The notes under the pieces: generated by a model
What the model was told of the DNA's origin: nothing
Database searches by the model: none
What the model saw: only the letters and a program-made list of their open reading frames with translations
In this document: piece after piece, positions 45,585 to 57,184 of the stretch
Layout of the letters: every line of letters starts with the position of its first letter
Numbering within the stretch: position 1 is the first letter of the stretch
Position numbers and translations under genes: made by a program
IMG/VR virus record: IMGVR_UViG_3300025396_000017
Span: 1-59,730 of that record
Length of the DNA: 59,730 nt
Reading direction: 5' to 3' (one strand)
DNA from: a virus
Taxonomy: Duplodnaviria > Caudoviricetes

Positions 45585-48367
45585 TGTCTTATCTTAACAA
45601 AACATCGTTACTAATACCGTCACAACTGCCGGGGTTTATCCGTGACAATCCGGATTATGCCACCTTTGTGTTGTTTCTCCAAGCATATTATGAATGGATG
45701 GAACAACAAGGCGGTGCCGTATATGGTACTAAGAATTTATCCAGTTATTTTGATATTGATACCACACTGGATCAATTCTTACAATATTATAGAAATGATT
45801 TTCTATCATTCTTTCCAGACGGTTCATTAATTGACCAAAGAAAGTTAACTAAGATTGCCAGAGAGTTGTACCAATCTAAAGGTACACCGTCTTCTTATCA
45901 ATTTTTATTCAGAATACTATACAATTCTGAAGTAGATTTATACAACGCTAGTGATTATATTCTTAGAGCTTCAGATGGTAAATGGGTTCTTACTCGTTCA
46001 TTGACTCTAACTACTATAGATCCTACATGGCTAAGTGCTGTTAATTATAGATTGTTTGGTGAAACTTCATATGGTTATGCCACAATTGAAGACGTTATTA
46101 TTGGTTTAAATTCAACACAGATTGTTTTATCTGGTATTGATAGACAATTTTCTTCAGGTGAATATGTTCATGTTGTAGATATACATGGTGCACCAGTATT
46201 ATTCAACGGTTCTGAACTTAGAGCACAAGTATTAGGTGTTCTTTCATCTGTTGCGGTCGATCCAAAATTTACAGGTTCAGGTTATAATGTTGGTGATCCA
46301 GTTGTATTTTTTGGTGGTTTAAATCCAAACATTACTAATCCTGTCGGTGCTTCTGGTTATATCTCTCAAGTATCTGGTGCTAGTGTAACGGGTGTAACTC
46401 CAACATACATAGGACAAGGTTATAGACCAGGTAGTTATACTGAGGTAACTATTACATCAGGTTCTGGTTCAGGTACAGGTGCTCGTGATATTGCCACCGT
46501 ATTTGACCCAACCAGTTATTATGTTTATCATGTACCAACAGATACTTTAGGCAACAAAGCAACAGTTCAATTAGGTGACGGCTCACACCTCGTAAGTTAT
46601 AATTTTGCCAATGATTCTATTGCCAATTACAATACAAAACTATCAAGAGCATTATCATTCCCTGTATTGAATACTTATGGTATTCTAGCAACAACAGTCA
46701 CATCAGGTGGTACAGGTTACGACCAAACAACTTCAGCATCTGCTGTAGGTTTCTATCAGACAGAGACAGGTGCTTTAGATAACTTACCGTACCTTGGTAT
46801 GTTAGGCCCAATACAAATTGTTGCTGGCGGTACAGGTTATGCCATCAATGATACGATTGTATTTACTGGCGGTTCAGGTTATGGTGCCTTTGCCAACGTA
46901 AAAGGTGTAGCAGGTAACGGAGCAATTACTTCTATCAGTTTTGTTCCTGATCCATCAGGCACTACCTTGTATCCTCCAGGTGGTATGGGATATCAAAGGT
47001 CTTTACCAACATTAACTGTACATTCAGCCAATGGTACAAACGCCATAGTTACTGTGCCTGGCTTAGTTGGCGGTGATGCTAAATTTGGTATCACATCTAC
47101 CAGTTATGGTCAAGTACAGGCAATCACACTTACAAATCCAGGACAAGACTATATTACAGCACCAAGTATATCTTTACGTGTAGAAGATATGTTGGTCTAT
47201 AACATCAACGTATTTGAACAACCAAAACAAGGTGATGTGGTTTACCAAGGCACATTGATAAACACCACATTTGTTGCCAATGTAGATTCAATCTCAATCA
47301 ATACTGCCAACGGTTCAAATTCTTATTTCTCAACCTATAACCTGAGAACATATGATTATAATGGTTACTTAGATGCAAATACTATTATCAAAGTATCCAG
47401 AAATGGTCAAGATTTAGGTGTTGGTTTCTATATTTCTCAAGCAAATACTGGTGTTTATACACAAGGTAGAAAGATTTATGGTAATGGTTCTGCCAAGGCA
47501 AGTGCTGTATTCTCTAATGGTATTATATTAGGTAAAGGTATTTACTTAAATGCTGACGGCCAACCATCAGCATACTCAGTTCTTGAGAATTCCAAATACA
47601 ACAACTACACCTATATTTTACAGGTTGAAGCGGCATTAGCTAAATATAAACAGACCGCTCTAGCGTTCTTACATCCATCTGGTATGAATTATCAGGCATA
47701 CAACGTTCTAAGAAATGAAGAATCTTATAACCTTGGTATGTCATCAGAAGAACTAAGCATACAATCGTTGAGATATCTATTAGATGGTTCTGCTGGATCT
47801 TTCTACGCTAATGCCACATCACCTAATATAATTACAACATACAATACTACTGGTGCCAATTTAGCCAACGTAGTATTTGCTAACTCTTACTTGACTATCT
47901 ACACACAAGGTGGTAGAGATTTCTATTCACAAGTGACTGGTGTAACGGCAAACACCATTACATTGATGGACAATTGGAATTATTTGGTGCCAAATGTTGT
48001 AACGGCAACCGTATCTGCCAATTCAAATACAATAAATATTACCGGACTAACAGATTCCTGGAACATCGCTACAGGTAATACAGTCGGTAGATTTAGTGAC
48101 TTTATGTACATCAATGACTCGGTTTCATTTGATGGTGTGTACTATACAAAGATTACTCATGTTGACCAAGCAGACCAAGGTACAACAATTAAAGTTACAC
48201 ATACATATCCGACAGCACAAACAGGTTTCTTAAACTTCAAACAGAATACAAATTCAAGTAATATTTGGGTGAGTGGCATCGTAGCCGTACCAGAAGTTAC
48301 GGATATAATAACAGAATTTGGCCTACCATTAACCACCGAAGACGGTAACATACTAATATTGGGATAA
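45584..48367 (+). CDS. baseplate wedge initiator (gp7-like)
   Basis: QLPGFI, FLQAYYEWME, YQSKGT..S..FLFRIL, LHPSG; follows gp6. Confidence 0.72.
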   Translation: MSYLNKTSLLIPSQLPGFIRDNPDYATFVLFLQAYYEWMEQQGGAVYGTKNLSSYFDIDTTLDQFLQYYRNDFLSFFPDGSLIDQRKLTKIARELYQSKGTPSSYQFLFRILYNSEVDLYNASDYILRASDGKWVLTRSLTLTTIDPTWLSAVNYRLFGETSYGYATIEDVIIGLNSTQIVLSGIDRQFSSGEYVHVVDIHGAPVLFNGSELRAQVLGVLSSVAVDPKFTGSGYNVGDPVVFFGGLNPNITNPVGASGYISQVSGASVTGVTPTYIGQGYRPGSYTEVTITSGSGSGTGARDIATVFDPTSYYVYHVPTDTLGNKATVQLGDGSHLVSYNFANDSIANYNTKLSRALSFPVLNTYGILATTVTSGGTGYDQTTSASAVGFYQTETGALDNLPYLGMLGPIQIVAGGTGYAINDTIVFTGGSGYGAFANVKGVAGNGAITSISFVPDPSGTTLYPPGGMGYQRSLPTLTVHSANGTNAIVTVPGLVGGDAKFGITSTSYGQVQAITLTNPGQDYITAPSISLRVEDMLVYNINVFEQPKQGDVVYQGTLINTTFVANVDSISINTANGSNSYFSTYNLRTYDYNGYLDANTIIKVSRNGQDLGVGFYISQANTGVYTQGRKIYGNGSAKASAVFSNGIILGKGIYLNADGQPSAYSVLENSKYNNYTYILQVEAALAKYKQTALAFLHPSGMNYQAYNVLRNEESYNLGMSSEELSIQSLRYLLDGSAGSFYANATSPNIITTYNTTGANLANVVFANSYLTIYTQGGRDFYSQVTGVTANTITLMDNWNYLVPNVVTATVSANSNTINITGLTDSWNIATGNTVGRFSDFMYINDSVSFDGVYYTKITHVDQADQGTTIKVTHTYPTAQTGFLNFKQNTNSSNIWVSGIVAVPEVTDIITEFGLPLTTEDGNILILG

Positions 48368-48370
48368 TAA

Positions 48371-50266
48371 ATGTCTAGTATAAAAATTTCACAACTGCCA
48401 GTCAGTTCAAATGTAAATCCTAATCCGGTAGACTCGGTATTTCCGATGACGGATACAACTCTTGGAGAAACATTCCAGTTGAGTGCCTTGGCATTAGGAA
48501 ATTCATTGTATGCCAATAACGAATTAGTTGTTGGTACTGGTGGCGTACAATTACCAAATGCTGTTGCTCAGTTTACAGGCATTTCTGGCGGTTATACACA
48601 AGTTAATGAACAAAATTTAAATGCCAATGGTACTGCCGATTATATTGTAACTGCTGATATCGGTTCAGATGTCAATTATTATATTGATATGGGTATTACT
48701 AACTCTAACTATAGTAACGTATCACCATTCAATTCATTAGGCACATCTATTGAACCACTATCTGGTTATTTGTATGTACAAGGTAATGCCACATATGCCA
48801 ACTCAGGTAACTTGGTTATCGGTACAGTAAATCCAGGTACAGAGACTCGACTACTTGCTGGTGGTGTTGGTATGGATAATGTGATTGTTAAAATTAAACC
48901 GGGTGAAGTTAAGGTTCGTGCTAACGTAGTATTGAATGTGGCTAATGTTGTTTTAGTTAATACAGTTACATTCTATGATGGTACTAAACAGACTACTGCT
49001 GGAGTTTCCAATGCTTATGCAACGGCTGCTTTTGCTCAGGCCAATTCAGCGGGTGCCAATACAGTATATCAAACAGGTGTTAACACAACTCAGAATACTT
49101 GGATTCAGGCAGCATGGAATGAAGCCAATACATCATTACAAAATACTGCAAGTATTATTATACCAGGTAATGTGACAATCAATGGTTCAACCACATTAAA
49201 TGCCAACACATATTATAATGGCAATACGATACAATATGGTTCCGTAACAACCTACGGAAACTTGATTACTATTGGTACGATGACTACTACTGGTAATGTT
49301 ATAACCACAGGCAACTTAACAGCAACAGGACCAGTAACATTCAACGGACAATTTGTTAATAATGGCACCACTTATAATAATGGCACCACATATCTAAACG
49401 GAAATACCACAACAACTGGTACTTTCATTATGACGAACTCAACGTTCGCTGCAAACTCATATGCAATTGGTATTATTGGTTCATCTAGTGGTCAAACTCA
49501 ACCACCAGTTGCAGATGGTACAATGTTACAGATTACAGGTAAAGATGGTGTCAACTCTAAATTGATTGTTGATGCCGCAGGTACTGGTGTATATTCATTG
49601 TTCAATGGTCGCTCAATGCGTGGTCTTGCAAATACACCATCAGCATTATTATCGGGTGATATTCTTGTTAAATTTGGTGGTAACGGATATGGTGCAACCG
49701 GTTTTGGTTCTGGTGTAAATTCTGGTGGCGCATATATGGAATATATGGCTGCTGAAAATTACACCGATACACAAAAAGGTACTAATATTTTATTTGGTGC
49801 TACACCAATAGGTTCAAATACAATTGCAAACGTATTGACTTTGACAGGTACCACAGCAATATTTGCAAACAATGTAAGTATTGCAAACAATTCAATTGCA
49901 AACACAAAAATTGCAAACACTTATGTATATGGTTCTGCAACAGCCAACTCAGGTGTAACTCAAATAACAAGTAGAACTACTGGCGTTACAGCAAACGGTA
50001 TTACGGGTACAATTATTGGTTATTCTGCAAGTGCTTTCCAACATGGAACAGGTTATGTATTCACAGTCAACAACAGTTCTGTACTACATACAACTGATAT
50101 TGTTTTTGTTTCTATACAAAATAGTAACTGTCCAGTACCTCAAGTATCTGTGGCCAATACTAGAGTAGGAAGTTTTGATATATGTGTGTTCAACGGTTCT
50201 GGTGCAGGTAACGATGCGGCTTATACAATGAACGTGAATTTTGGTATCATTAGAGTTGGATCATAA
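48371..50266 (+). CDS. tail fibre-like structural protein
   Basis: N-terminal IKISQLP, N/T/G-rich beta-helix repeats. Confidence 0.65.
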   Translation: MSSIKISQLPVSSNVNPNPVDSVFPMTDTTLGETFQLSALALGNSLYANNELVVGTGGVQLPNAVAQFTGISGGYTQVNEQNLNANGTADYIVTADIGSDVNYYIDMGITNSNYSNVSPFNSLGTSIEPLSGYLYVQGNATYANSGNLVIGTVNPGTETRLLAGGVGMDNVIVKIKPGEVKVRANVVLNVANVVLVNTVTFYDGTKQTTAGVSNAYATAAFAQANSAGANTVYQTGVNTTQNTWIQAAWNEANTSLQNTASIIIPGNVTINGSTTLNANTYYNGNTIQYGSVTTYGNLITIGTMTTTGNVITTGNLTATGPVTFNGQFVNNGTTYNNGTTYLNGNTTTTGTFIMTNSTFAANSYAIGIIGSSSGQTQPPVADGTMLQITGKDGVNSKLIVDAAGTGVYSLFNGRSMRGLANTPSALLSGDILVKFGGNGYGATGFGSGVNSGGAYMEYMAAENYTDTQKGTNILFGATPIGSNTIANVLTLTGTTAIFANNVSIANNSIANTKIANTYVYGSATANSGVTQITSRTTGVTANGITGTIIGYSASAFQHGTGYVFTVNNSSVLHTTDIVFVSIQNSNCPVPQVSVANTRVGSFDICVFNGSGAGNDAAYTMNVNFGIIRVGS

Positions 50267-50280
50267 CGAATAAATAAACT

Positions 50281-51651
50281 ATGGCTAATACAGTAAACGG
50301 AATATTAACATCATATGCTTCAACCGTAGAGGTTGAACTTACCTATTTCTTTGTGATTACTTCACAAGGATTTTCACCTAATACACAATCGACCACATAT
50401 TTCTTTGTAGGTAAAACTGACCAATGGCCAGATGATGTAAATCCTGATGTACCTAACCAATCTCAGGCATATATCAAAGAAACATTTAAGAATATGTTTG
50501 CTGCCAAATTGGTAACATCATCCAATTTGTCGCCAGTTGTACCAAGAATTGACTGGACTTCTGGTGTAACCTACAACGAATACACCGACTATAATGATAT
50601 GTTGGCTGTCGATTCAAATGGTTTACTAATCAATAAATTCTATGTTCGTAATTCATACGACCAGATTTTCAAGTGTTTAAGTAATGCTAATGGTAGTCCT
50701 TCTACTGTACAACCAGTTTTACAGGCCGGAACAACAGATGCCACACAAACTTTATACTTGGCAGACGGATACAAATGGATCTATGTCACAACAATTGACA
50801 AAGGTCTAAAGAAAAACTTTTTTGATGCTAACTGGATTCCATTATCAGTAGGCACAGTTACACCAAATCCATTGACACCAGCCGGTCTAGGTTCAATCAA
50901 TGCTATCAACGTAATCACAGCAGGCAATAGTTATTCTAATGGTGTTTCTACAACAACCGTAACAATCAATGGTGACGGAGAAGGTGCTTCAGCATATGCC
51001 AACGTGACAAATGGTATGGTTCAAGATGTTATTGTGACTAATACCGGTAATAATTATACATATGCCACAGTTACAATTGCTCCACAGACCAGTTATCCAG
51101 GTTCTGGTGCTACGGCCAATGCTATTATTTCACCTATTGGTGGCCATGGATATGATCCTGTTTCTGAATTAGGTTGTAACCATATTATGTTGAGTGTTGA
51201 ACTAGATGGTTCCGAGAACGGTGTAGTTCCTACCGATGTATCTTATAGACAATTAGGTATTATTGTTAATCCATTATTAAAAGATGGTAGTTTACCTACA
51301 AACAGCATATATAATACATCAGATTTGGTGACTGTATCGGTTGGATTGAATGCTTTCACATCAGGTGAGGTAGTTTATCAAGGTTCAACCTTAGAAACAG
51401 CAAGTTTTACAGCCAAAGTATGTTCATTCGACACAACAAACAATATTGTTTCGCTGATAAATACAGTAGGTAATTATACTTTAGGTAGCACAATCACTGG
51501 TGTTACTTCAGGAACAACAAGAGTATTACTACAATATACACCAACAACTTTCTCTGTCGGTTCTGGTTATATGATGTATTTTGAAAACAGAGAACCAATT
51601 CAACGCTCTGCAAACGGTAACGAACAGTTAAGATTAGTTTTAAGATTCTAA
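50281..51651 (+). CDS. gp8: baseplate wedge subunit
   Basis: VPRIDW, FYV.N, FKCL.N, DGYKW.Y, P.GGHG.D, ENREPI.R. Confidence 0.88.
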   Translation: MANTVNGILTSYASTVEVELTYFFVITSQGFSPNTQSTTYFFVGKTDQWPDDVNPDVPNQSQAYIKETFKNMFAAKLVTSSNLSPVVPRIDWTSGVTYNEYTDYNDMLAVDSNGLLINKFYVRNSYDQIFKCLSNANGSPSTVQPVLQAGTTDATQTLYLADGYKWIYVTTIDKGLKKNFFDANWIPLSVGTVTPNPLTPAGLGSINAINVITAGNSYSNGVSTTTVTINGDGEGASAYANVTNGMVQDVIVTNTGNNYTYATVTIAPQTSYPGSGATANAIISPIGGHGYDPVSELGCNHIMLSVELDGSENGVVPTDVSYRQLGIIVNPLLKDGSLPTNSIYNTSDLVTVSVGLNAFTSGEVVYQGSTLETASFTAKVCSFDTTNNIVSLINTVGNYTLGSTITGVTSGTTRVLLQYTPTTFSVGSGYMMYFENREPIQRSANGNEQLRLVLRF

Positions 51652-51660
51652 GGTAAAACA

Positions 51661-54600
51661 ATGATAAATTACAATGTAGATCCATACAATGATGATTTCG
51701 ACCCAACGAAAAATTATCATAGGATTCTATTCAAACCAGGTTATGCCGTTCAGGCGAGAGAGTTAACACAATCTCAGACTATATTACAGAATCAGATTTC
51801 TCAGTTTGCTTCTGCTATCTATTCTCAGAATACTCCAGTTTCTGGTGGTAAAGTTACAACCAATTTGAATTGTAGTTATATCAAACTAAATTCATTGTAT
51901 AATGGTTCATCTGTTGTAGCATACAATTTTTTAAATACAACTATTACCGATTCTACTGGCACAATCATTGCTCGTGTTATTGCCACAGCAGAAGCAACTG
52001 GTAATGCCACAACTGCTGGCGATCCACCAACATTGATTGTTACATACACATCAGGTGGTCAATTCACCGATGGTATGACCATCTATATTCAAACATCTAC
52101 ATCCAAGACATCAGCAGCCACAACTATTGGTACATCAGGCGGTACAACTTGTACTGGCCTATCTTCTGTAGCTTCTATCTCCGATGGTGTGTTCTATGTT
52201 GTAAACGGTTACGACCAGATTATTGAAGCAAACGGAACAACTGTACCATATACTATTGGTAACTTCGTTAACGTATCTGCTCAGACAGTTATCTTAGACA
52301 AGTATGACAATACACCTTCATTACGTATTGGTCTAGAAATTGCCGAGTTAACTATTACAAGTAGTCAAGATACTTCTTTATTGGATCCAGCTGCAGGTGC
52401 TTCCAACTATCAGGCACCAGGTGCTGACCGTTATCAAATCAACCTAACATTGGTAACATTACCATTGACATTGGGTAATGATGACCAGTTCATTGAGTTA
52501 CTAAGAATCACAAACGGTTCTATTGTTAAACAAACAGATACAACCGTCTACTCAACGATTGATGATTACTTTGCTAAGCGTGATTATGAAACTAACGGTG
52601 ACTACATCGTTAATGATTTCACATTGACACCATCAGCAAACTCATTAGGTATTAATGCTAGTTATGACCTAGGCATTGGTCCTGGTGTGGCATATGTCCA
52701 CGGTTATAGAATTGAAAATCAATCTCAGACCACTCTAACAAGCGACAGAGCAAGAACAATCAACACAATCAATAACAATGCTGCCTTCGTAGACTACGGC
52801 AACTTCTTTGTTGTTGATACAATGAGTGGTGTGTTTGATGTTGGTACAATGCCTTCTGTTGACTTACATTGTGTACCATCAACAGGTATTGTTTCTACAA
52901 ATACAGCAACATATAATTCTACTCTAGTTGGTACTGGTTTGATCCGTGACTTGACATACGTTACAGGTACTGGTTCAAATACAAAATCATATATCTACAA
53001 CGCTTTTGTTTCTGATATTTCTACTAGAACAATTTCTGGTGCCACAGCATCAGCGACACCAAGTACACTAACAGTTACTGATACTACTGCTCTTCTTTCC
53101 GCTACGGCTAATGCTTATTACGGCATCGTTCTTACTGTAACAACAGGTGCTTTGGTAGACAAGAGAAACATTATCGGTTACACAGTTTCTGGTTCAACCA
53201 AAGTATTTACAGTTGATAATCCATTTACACTCACACCAACATCATCTTCAACATGGCAACTAGGATTTGCTGTTAATGATATTGATTCAATTGTACAAAC
53301 AATAAGTAACAGTAACTTTACTTTAACAGCAAATACAAATATCAATGCTGCTGAAGGTAAAGTTAATGGTGTTCCTATCGGATCAACCATCTATAATACT
53401 ACAGCTTATCCTGAGTTGTTATTCCAGATTGGTTACCCATACGTAGCACAAGTTGCTAACACAAGTTACTTCTCTACCAGAATCTATCGTGGTAAAACAT
53501 TCACAGGTTCTACACTAACATTGGTGTCAACATCAGGTAACAGTAGTAACCCATTAAGATTTGAAGGTACTGGTACATTGTCAGCAGCCGCTGCGATGCA
53601 GAACTTTATTGTTATCAATACATCAACGGGTAATGTATTAGACTTTACAAGTGCTGGTAATACTGTTTCCGTTTCTGCTGACCACACAACAGCAACATTC
53701 ACATCAGCAGCATATTCAGGTATGACTGTTGACGTTATTGCTGTAGTTCAAGTACAAAATGCTGACTCAACTAACTATGTACTAAAGTCTAAAAACTTAG
53801 TACTAGGTAATACAGCATATGTTGCTAGTTCATTTGCTTCTATTTCAGGTTCTACCACAACATATAATGCCACATCTGGTCAGACATTAATACCTCATGC
53901 AACTATAGTTTCTAATAGTAATGGTGGTAAGATGCCATTGTATGTTAACGATGTAAGAAACATTGTTAAGATTATTGACTCTGGTAATCCATCAACTAAC
54001 CCAACAGGTTTGGTTGGTAGTTATGCCGACATTACAAACAACTTCACATTTGATAACGGTCAACGTGATAGTTATTACGACTTTGGTTATATCAGTCTAT
54101 TGCCTGGTGCTCCAATACCTACAGGTAATATTCTTGTGGTCTACAATTACTATTCACATACACAGGCATCTTCTGGTGACGGTTATTTCAGTCTACAATC
54201 ATATCAATCCGCTAACTCAACCTATGGTGGTGTATCAACATCACCTGAGAACTATGCCAAGATTGCTCAGTACACATCTAAAGGTGGTACAATCTATCGT
54301 TTGACCGATGTGGTTGACTTTAGACCTTGCCGTAAGAATGGCCAAACAGGTTATCTATGGGAATATTCTCAGACACAAACAAGTACCAATGACATTGGTA
54401 TTCTATTACCTAACAACCTATCTAACTTTACAAGTAACTACTCATACTATTTGGGTAGACAAGATAGATTGGTGTTGACCAAAGATAAGAGTTTCCAAAT
54501 TGTTGAAGGTACTCCATCAGTATCTCCATCATTGCCAGCACAACCAGATGGTTCATTGTTGATTGCTAACTTATTGTTAGATCCATATACAGCATTTGTA

Positions 54601-57153
54601 CCAGGTGAAGGACCTGCTGGTCAAACTTCTAACCTATCTGTTAACAAAGTACTACACAAGCGTTGGGCTAAATCTGATATTACAGACTTAGAAACTCGTG
54701 TTAACAATCTAGAGTATTATACATCTCTAAACATCTTAGAACAGAACGCTCAGTCTCTACAAGTTGCTGACGTTAACGGTTTGAATCGTTTCAAGAACGG
54801 TATTCTAGTTGATGACTTCAGTTCATTTGCTACGGCAGATACTGGTAATCCAGACTATGCTGCTAACATCAACGTTAGAAAAAATGAAATGACAGCGTTG
54901 AGTTTTGTAGACAACTTCCAGTTACAAAACCCTGCCGTTATGGCCAGTTTGGGTACATTAACTAATACAAATACCTATGCTATCAATAGTATTCAAGGTA
55001 CACAAACAAACATCTTTACATTACCATACACAACTGCTAACGTAGTTGTACAGAGTTTGGCAAGTTCTACGGTATCTGCCAACCCATTTGCTGTGGTGAT
55101 ACAACAAGGTGTTGCTCAATTGAATCCTCCTATGGACAATTGGGTAGATAACTCACAAGCACCTGCGATTCTGATTACAGATCCAAGTATGCAAGTGTAC
55201 CAGCAAACCGGTGGTGTTAACTTAATTAACTCAAGTGACTTCCAAACTATCCCTGGTACACAGAGTACGATATCTTCTTCTACTCAAGTTGTTGGCCACG
55301 GTATCAATGCAAGTCCATACGGTTATGTTGGTTACACAGCAACAACTACCTCAACATATGGTAGTCAGATTCAGAATGTAACATCTTCTGCATACAATCC
55401 AGTATCATCTACATTTGGTACAAACAATGGTTACATAACAAACATTGCTATTCTACCATACATTAGACCACAAGAAGTTATTGTACAGGCAGAAGGTCTA
55501 TTGGTTAACACCAAAGTATCTACATGGTTTGACGGAACATCTGTAGACCAATACATGAGAGCACCAAACACAATCGAATTGACTGGTGTTACTGGTAAAT
55601 TTAACAAAGATGATGTTGTTGGTTTCTACCTAGACAACTTCTTCTATCCAATTGCTCGTGTTATTAATGTATATAATTATCCAAATGGTACACAGGCTCG
55701 TTTGTATGTTGCTGATATCTTAGGAGCACCAAACACAGTTGGTACAACCACATTAACCAACGGTACATTCAATTCTGCTGGTGATTATGTTGTTGGTTCT
55801 TCTACTGCTTCAGGTACTGTACCAGCAGGTGCTATCTCTAATCTATACCAGTCAGGTGAAATCTCTGGTGTTGGTGGTGGTTATTCAAATACATTTAATG
55901 CCAACATTACAACTCAGTTGTACATGACACCTGTTACACAAGGTTACTGTTCATTCTTAAACCAATACGGTGTATGGGGTGATCCAAATAACAGCACAAC
56001 ATACAACGCAGCATTCCCTGTTCCATTAACAACCGGTGCTACATATACAATAGCATTATCATGTTCAGGTTCTGCTTCTGTAACTCAGAATGGTACAACA
56101 CTTGTATCAAGTTCTAGTTCTACAACCGTATCAACTGCCACATTTACGGCAGCAAGTTCTAGTCCAACTATTGCTTGGAATGCTACAAGTTCTGGTACAA
56201 CACAGTCAGCAATTGCTGTTACTATTACCGATTCATCTGGTAATATTGTGTTCTCATCTGTTTCTCCACCAGAATTAAATTATATCAACGGTGGTACAGA
56301 GATTAATATGTATCTTGGTGGTGCCTTCTTTGAAGGTGTTACACAAGTATACCTAGGACCACAATCATCTTCAGCAACTAACTACTATGTTGGTTCTACA
56401 ATCAGTATTACATCTAAGTATGTTTATGGATTGACTGCTGCAGCAACATATGTTCCACCTCCTCCTGCTCCAACAGGTGGTGGCGGTGGCGGTTGTGGTG
56501 GATGTTTCACTGCCAATACATTAGTTACAATGGCTGACGGTACAACTAAGTCAATCTGTGATGTTAAAGTTGGTGACAAAGTAAAGAACTATAATGGCAC
56601 TAAAGTCAATACAGTTCAGTACATTGAATACTTACCAGATACATTGTTGAAAGCATTGTACACACCAACTCCTGATTTTGCTCCATTTGCCACAGTCAAC
56701 CACCCATTATACATTGGTGATGTTCTAAGTAAAGTGGACCAAGACATTGATTATCCATGGTTGAAGATTAAAGGTACAATCAATCCATTTGCTGTACAAG
56801 AAGCAACTGGTCAAATGGTATACAACTTATGGTTAGACGGTGACCACACATACATCGTAAACGGTTTCGGCACAACATCTATCATTGATGATGGTGGTAT
56901 GTTGAGAAAAGGTGTTGAACAAGGTGTTCTGACACATGAAGAAGCCATGAACCTAGTCGTTAGATATGCTTCTGAAGGCAGAGATGTAATGTATGGTAGT
57001 TATTTGTTTATCAAATTGTTTGGTAAGATTAACTCTAAGACATTAAACAAAGTGATGGCCAAGTACTTGAAGAATGATGACCACCCAACAGCACAATCGG
57101 TTGTTAAAGGTATATTCAAAGTCGTTGGCAAGATAGCGAATCTGGTTGCTTAA
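51661..57153 (+). CDS. DUF4815/VrlC-like virion structural protein, N-terminal part, ending in a Hint domain
   Basis: PY.DDFD...YHRILFKPG.AVQARELTQ.Q, APGADR, RFKNGILVDDF; Hint at C-terminus. Confidence 0.85.
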   Translation: MINYNVDPYNDDFDPTKNYHRILFKPGYAVQARELTQSQTILQNQISQFASAIYSQNTPVSGGKVTTNLNCSYIKLNSLYNGSSVVAYNFLNTTITDSTGTIIARVIATAEATGNATTAGDPPTLIVTYTSGGQFTDGMTIYIQTSTSKTSAATTIGTSGGTTCTGLSSVASISDGVFYVVNGYDQIIEANGTTVPYTIGNFVNVSAQTVILDKYDNTPSLRIGLEIAELTITSSQDTSLLDPAAGASNYQAPGADRYQINLTLVTLPLTLGNDDQFIELLRITNGSIVKQTDTTVYSTIDDYFAKRDYETNGDYIVNDFTLTPSANSLGINASYDLGIGPGVAYVHGYRIENQSQTTLTSDRARTINTINNNAAFVDYGNFFVVDTMSGVFDVGTMPSVDLHCVPSTGIVSTNTATYNSTLVGTGLIRDLTYVTGTGSNTKSYIYNAFVSDISTRTISGATASATPSTLTVTDTTALLSATANAYYGIVLTVTTGALVDKRNIIGYTVSGSTKVFTVDNPFTLTPTSSSTWQLGFAVNDIDSIVQTISNSNFTLTANTNINAAEGKVNGVPIGSTIYNTTAYPELLFQIGYPYVAQVANTSYFSTRIYRGKTFTGSTLTLVSTSGNSSNPLRFEGTGTLSAAAAMQNFIVINTSTGNVLDFTSAGNTVSVSADHTTATFTSAAYSGMTVDVIAVVQVQNADSTNYVLKSKNLVLGNTAYVASSFASISGSTTTYNATSGQTLIPHATIVSNSNGGKMPLYVNDVRNIVKIIDSGNPSTNPTGLVGSYADITNNFTFDNGQRDSYYDFGYISLLPGAPIPTGNILVVYNYYSHTQASSGDGYFSLQSYQSANSTYGGVSTSPENYAKIAQYTSKGGTIYRLTDVVDFRPCRKNGQTGYLWEYSQTQTSTNDIGILLPNNLSNFTSNYSYYLGRQDRLVLTKDKSFQIVEGTPSVSPSLPAQPDGSLLIANLLLDPYTAFVPGEGPAGQTSNLSVNKVLHKRWAKSDITDLETRVNNLEYYTSLNILEQNAQSLQVADVNGLNRFKNGILVDDFSSFATADTGNPDYAANINVRKNEMTALSFVDNFQLQNPAVMASLGTLTNTNTYAINSIQGTQTNIFTLPYTTANVVVQSLASSTVSANPFAVVIQQGVAQLNPPMDNWVDNSQAPAILITDPSMQVYQQTGGVNLINSSDFQTIPGTQSTISSSTQVVGHGINASPYGYVGYTATTTSTYGSQIQNVTSSAYNPVSSTFGTNNGYITNIAILPYIRPQEVIVQAEGLLVNTKVSTWFDGTSVDQYMRAPNTIELTGVTGKFNKDDVVGFYLDNFFYPIARVINVYNYPNGTQARLYVADILGAPNTVGTTTLTNGTFNSAGDYVVGSSTASGTVPAGAISNLYQSGEISGVGGGYSNTFNANITTQLYMTPVTQGYCSFLNQYGVWGDPNNSTTYNAAFPVPLTTGATYTIALSCSGSASVTQNGTTLVSSSSSTTVSTATFTAASSSPTIAWNATSSGTTQSAIAVTITDSSGNIVFSSVSPPELNYINGGTEINMYLGGAFFEGVTQVYLGPQSSSATNYYVGSTISITSKYVYGLTAAATYVPPPPAPTGGGGGGCGGCFTANTLVTMADGTTKSICDVKVGDKVKNYNGTKVNTVQYIEYLPDTLLKALYTPTPDFAPFATVNHPLYIGDVLSKVDQDIDYPWLKIKGTINPFAVQEATGQMVYNLWLDGDHTYIVNGFGTTSIIDDGGMLRKGVEQGVLTHEEAMNLVVRYASEGRDVMYGSYLFIKLFGKINSKTLNKVMAKYLKNDDHPTAQSVVKGIFKVVGKIANLVA
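56503..56880 (+). other. Hint (Hedgehog/intein) autoprocessing domain
   Basis: CFTANTLVTMADG...ICDVKVGDKV; TVNHP (TxxH); VYNLWLDGDHTYIVNG; ends TTS rather than HN. Confidence 0.9.
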
Positions 57154-57184
57154 TAAATAATTAATAGTTTTATCGGAAAAATAA

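Noticed and set aside
49860-49920. TTGCAAACA repeats
   Set aside because: Encode (I/F)AN(N/T) repeats of a fibre protein; explained by coding
56503-56880. Canonical splicing intein
   Set aside because: Lacks the terminal His-Asn, and the downstream tail is not the continuation of the host protein
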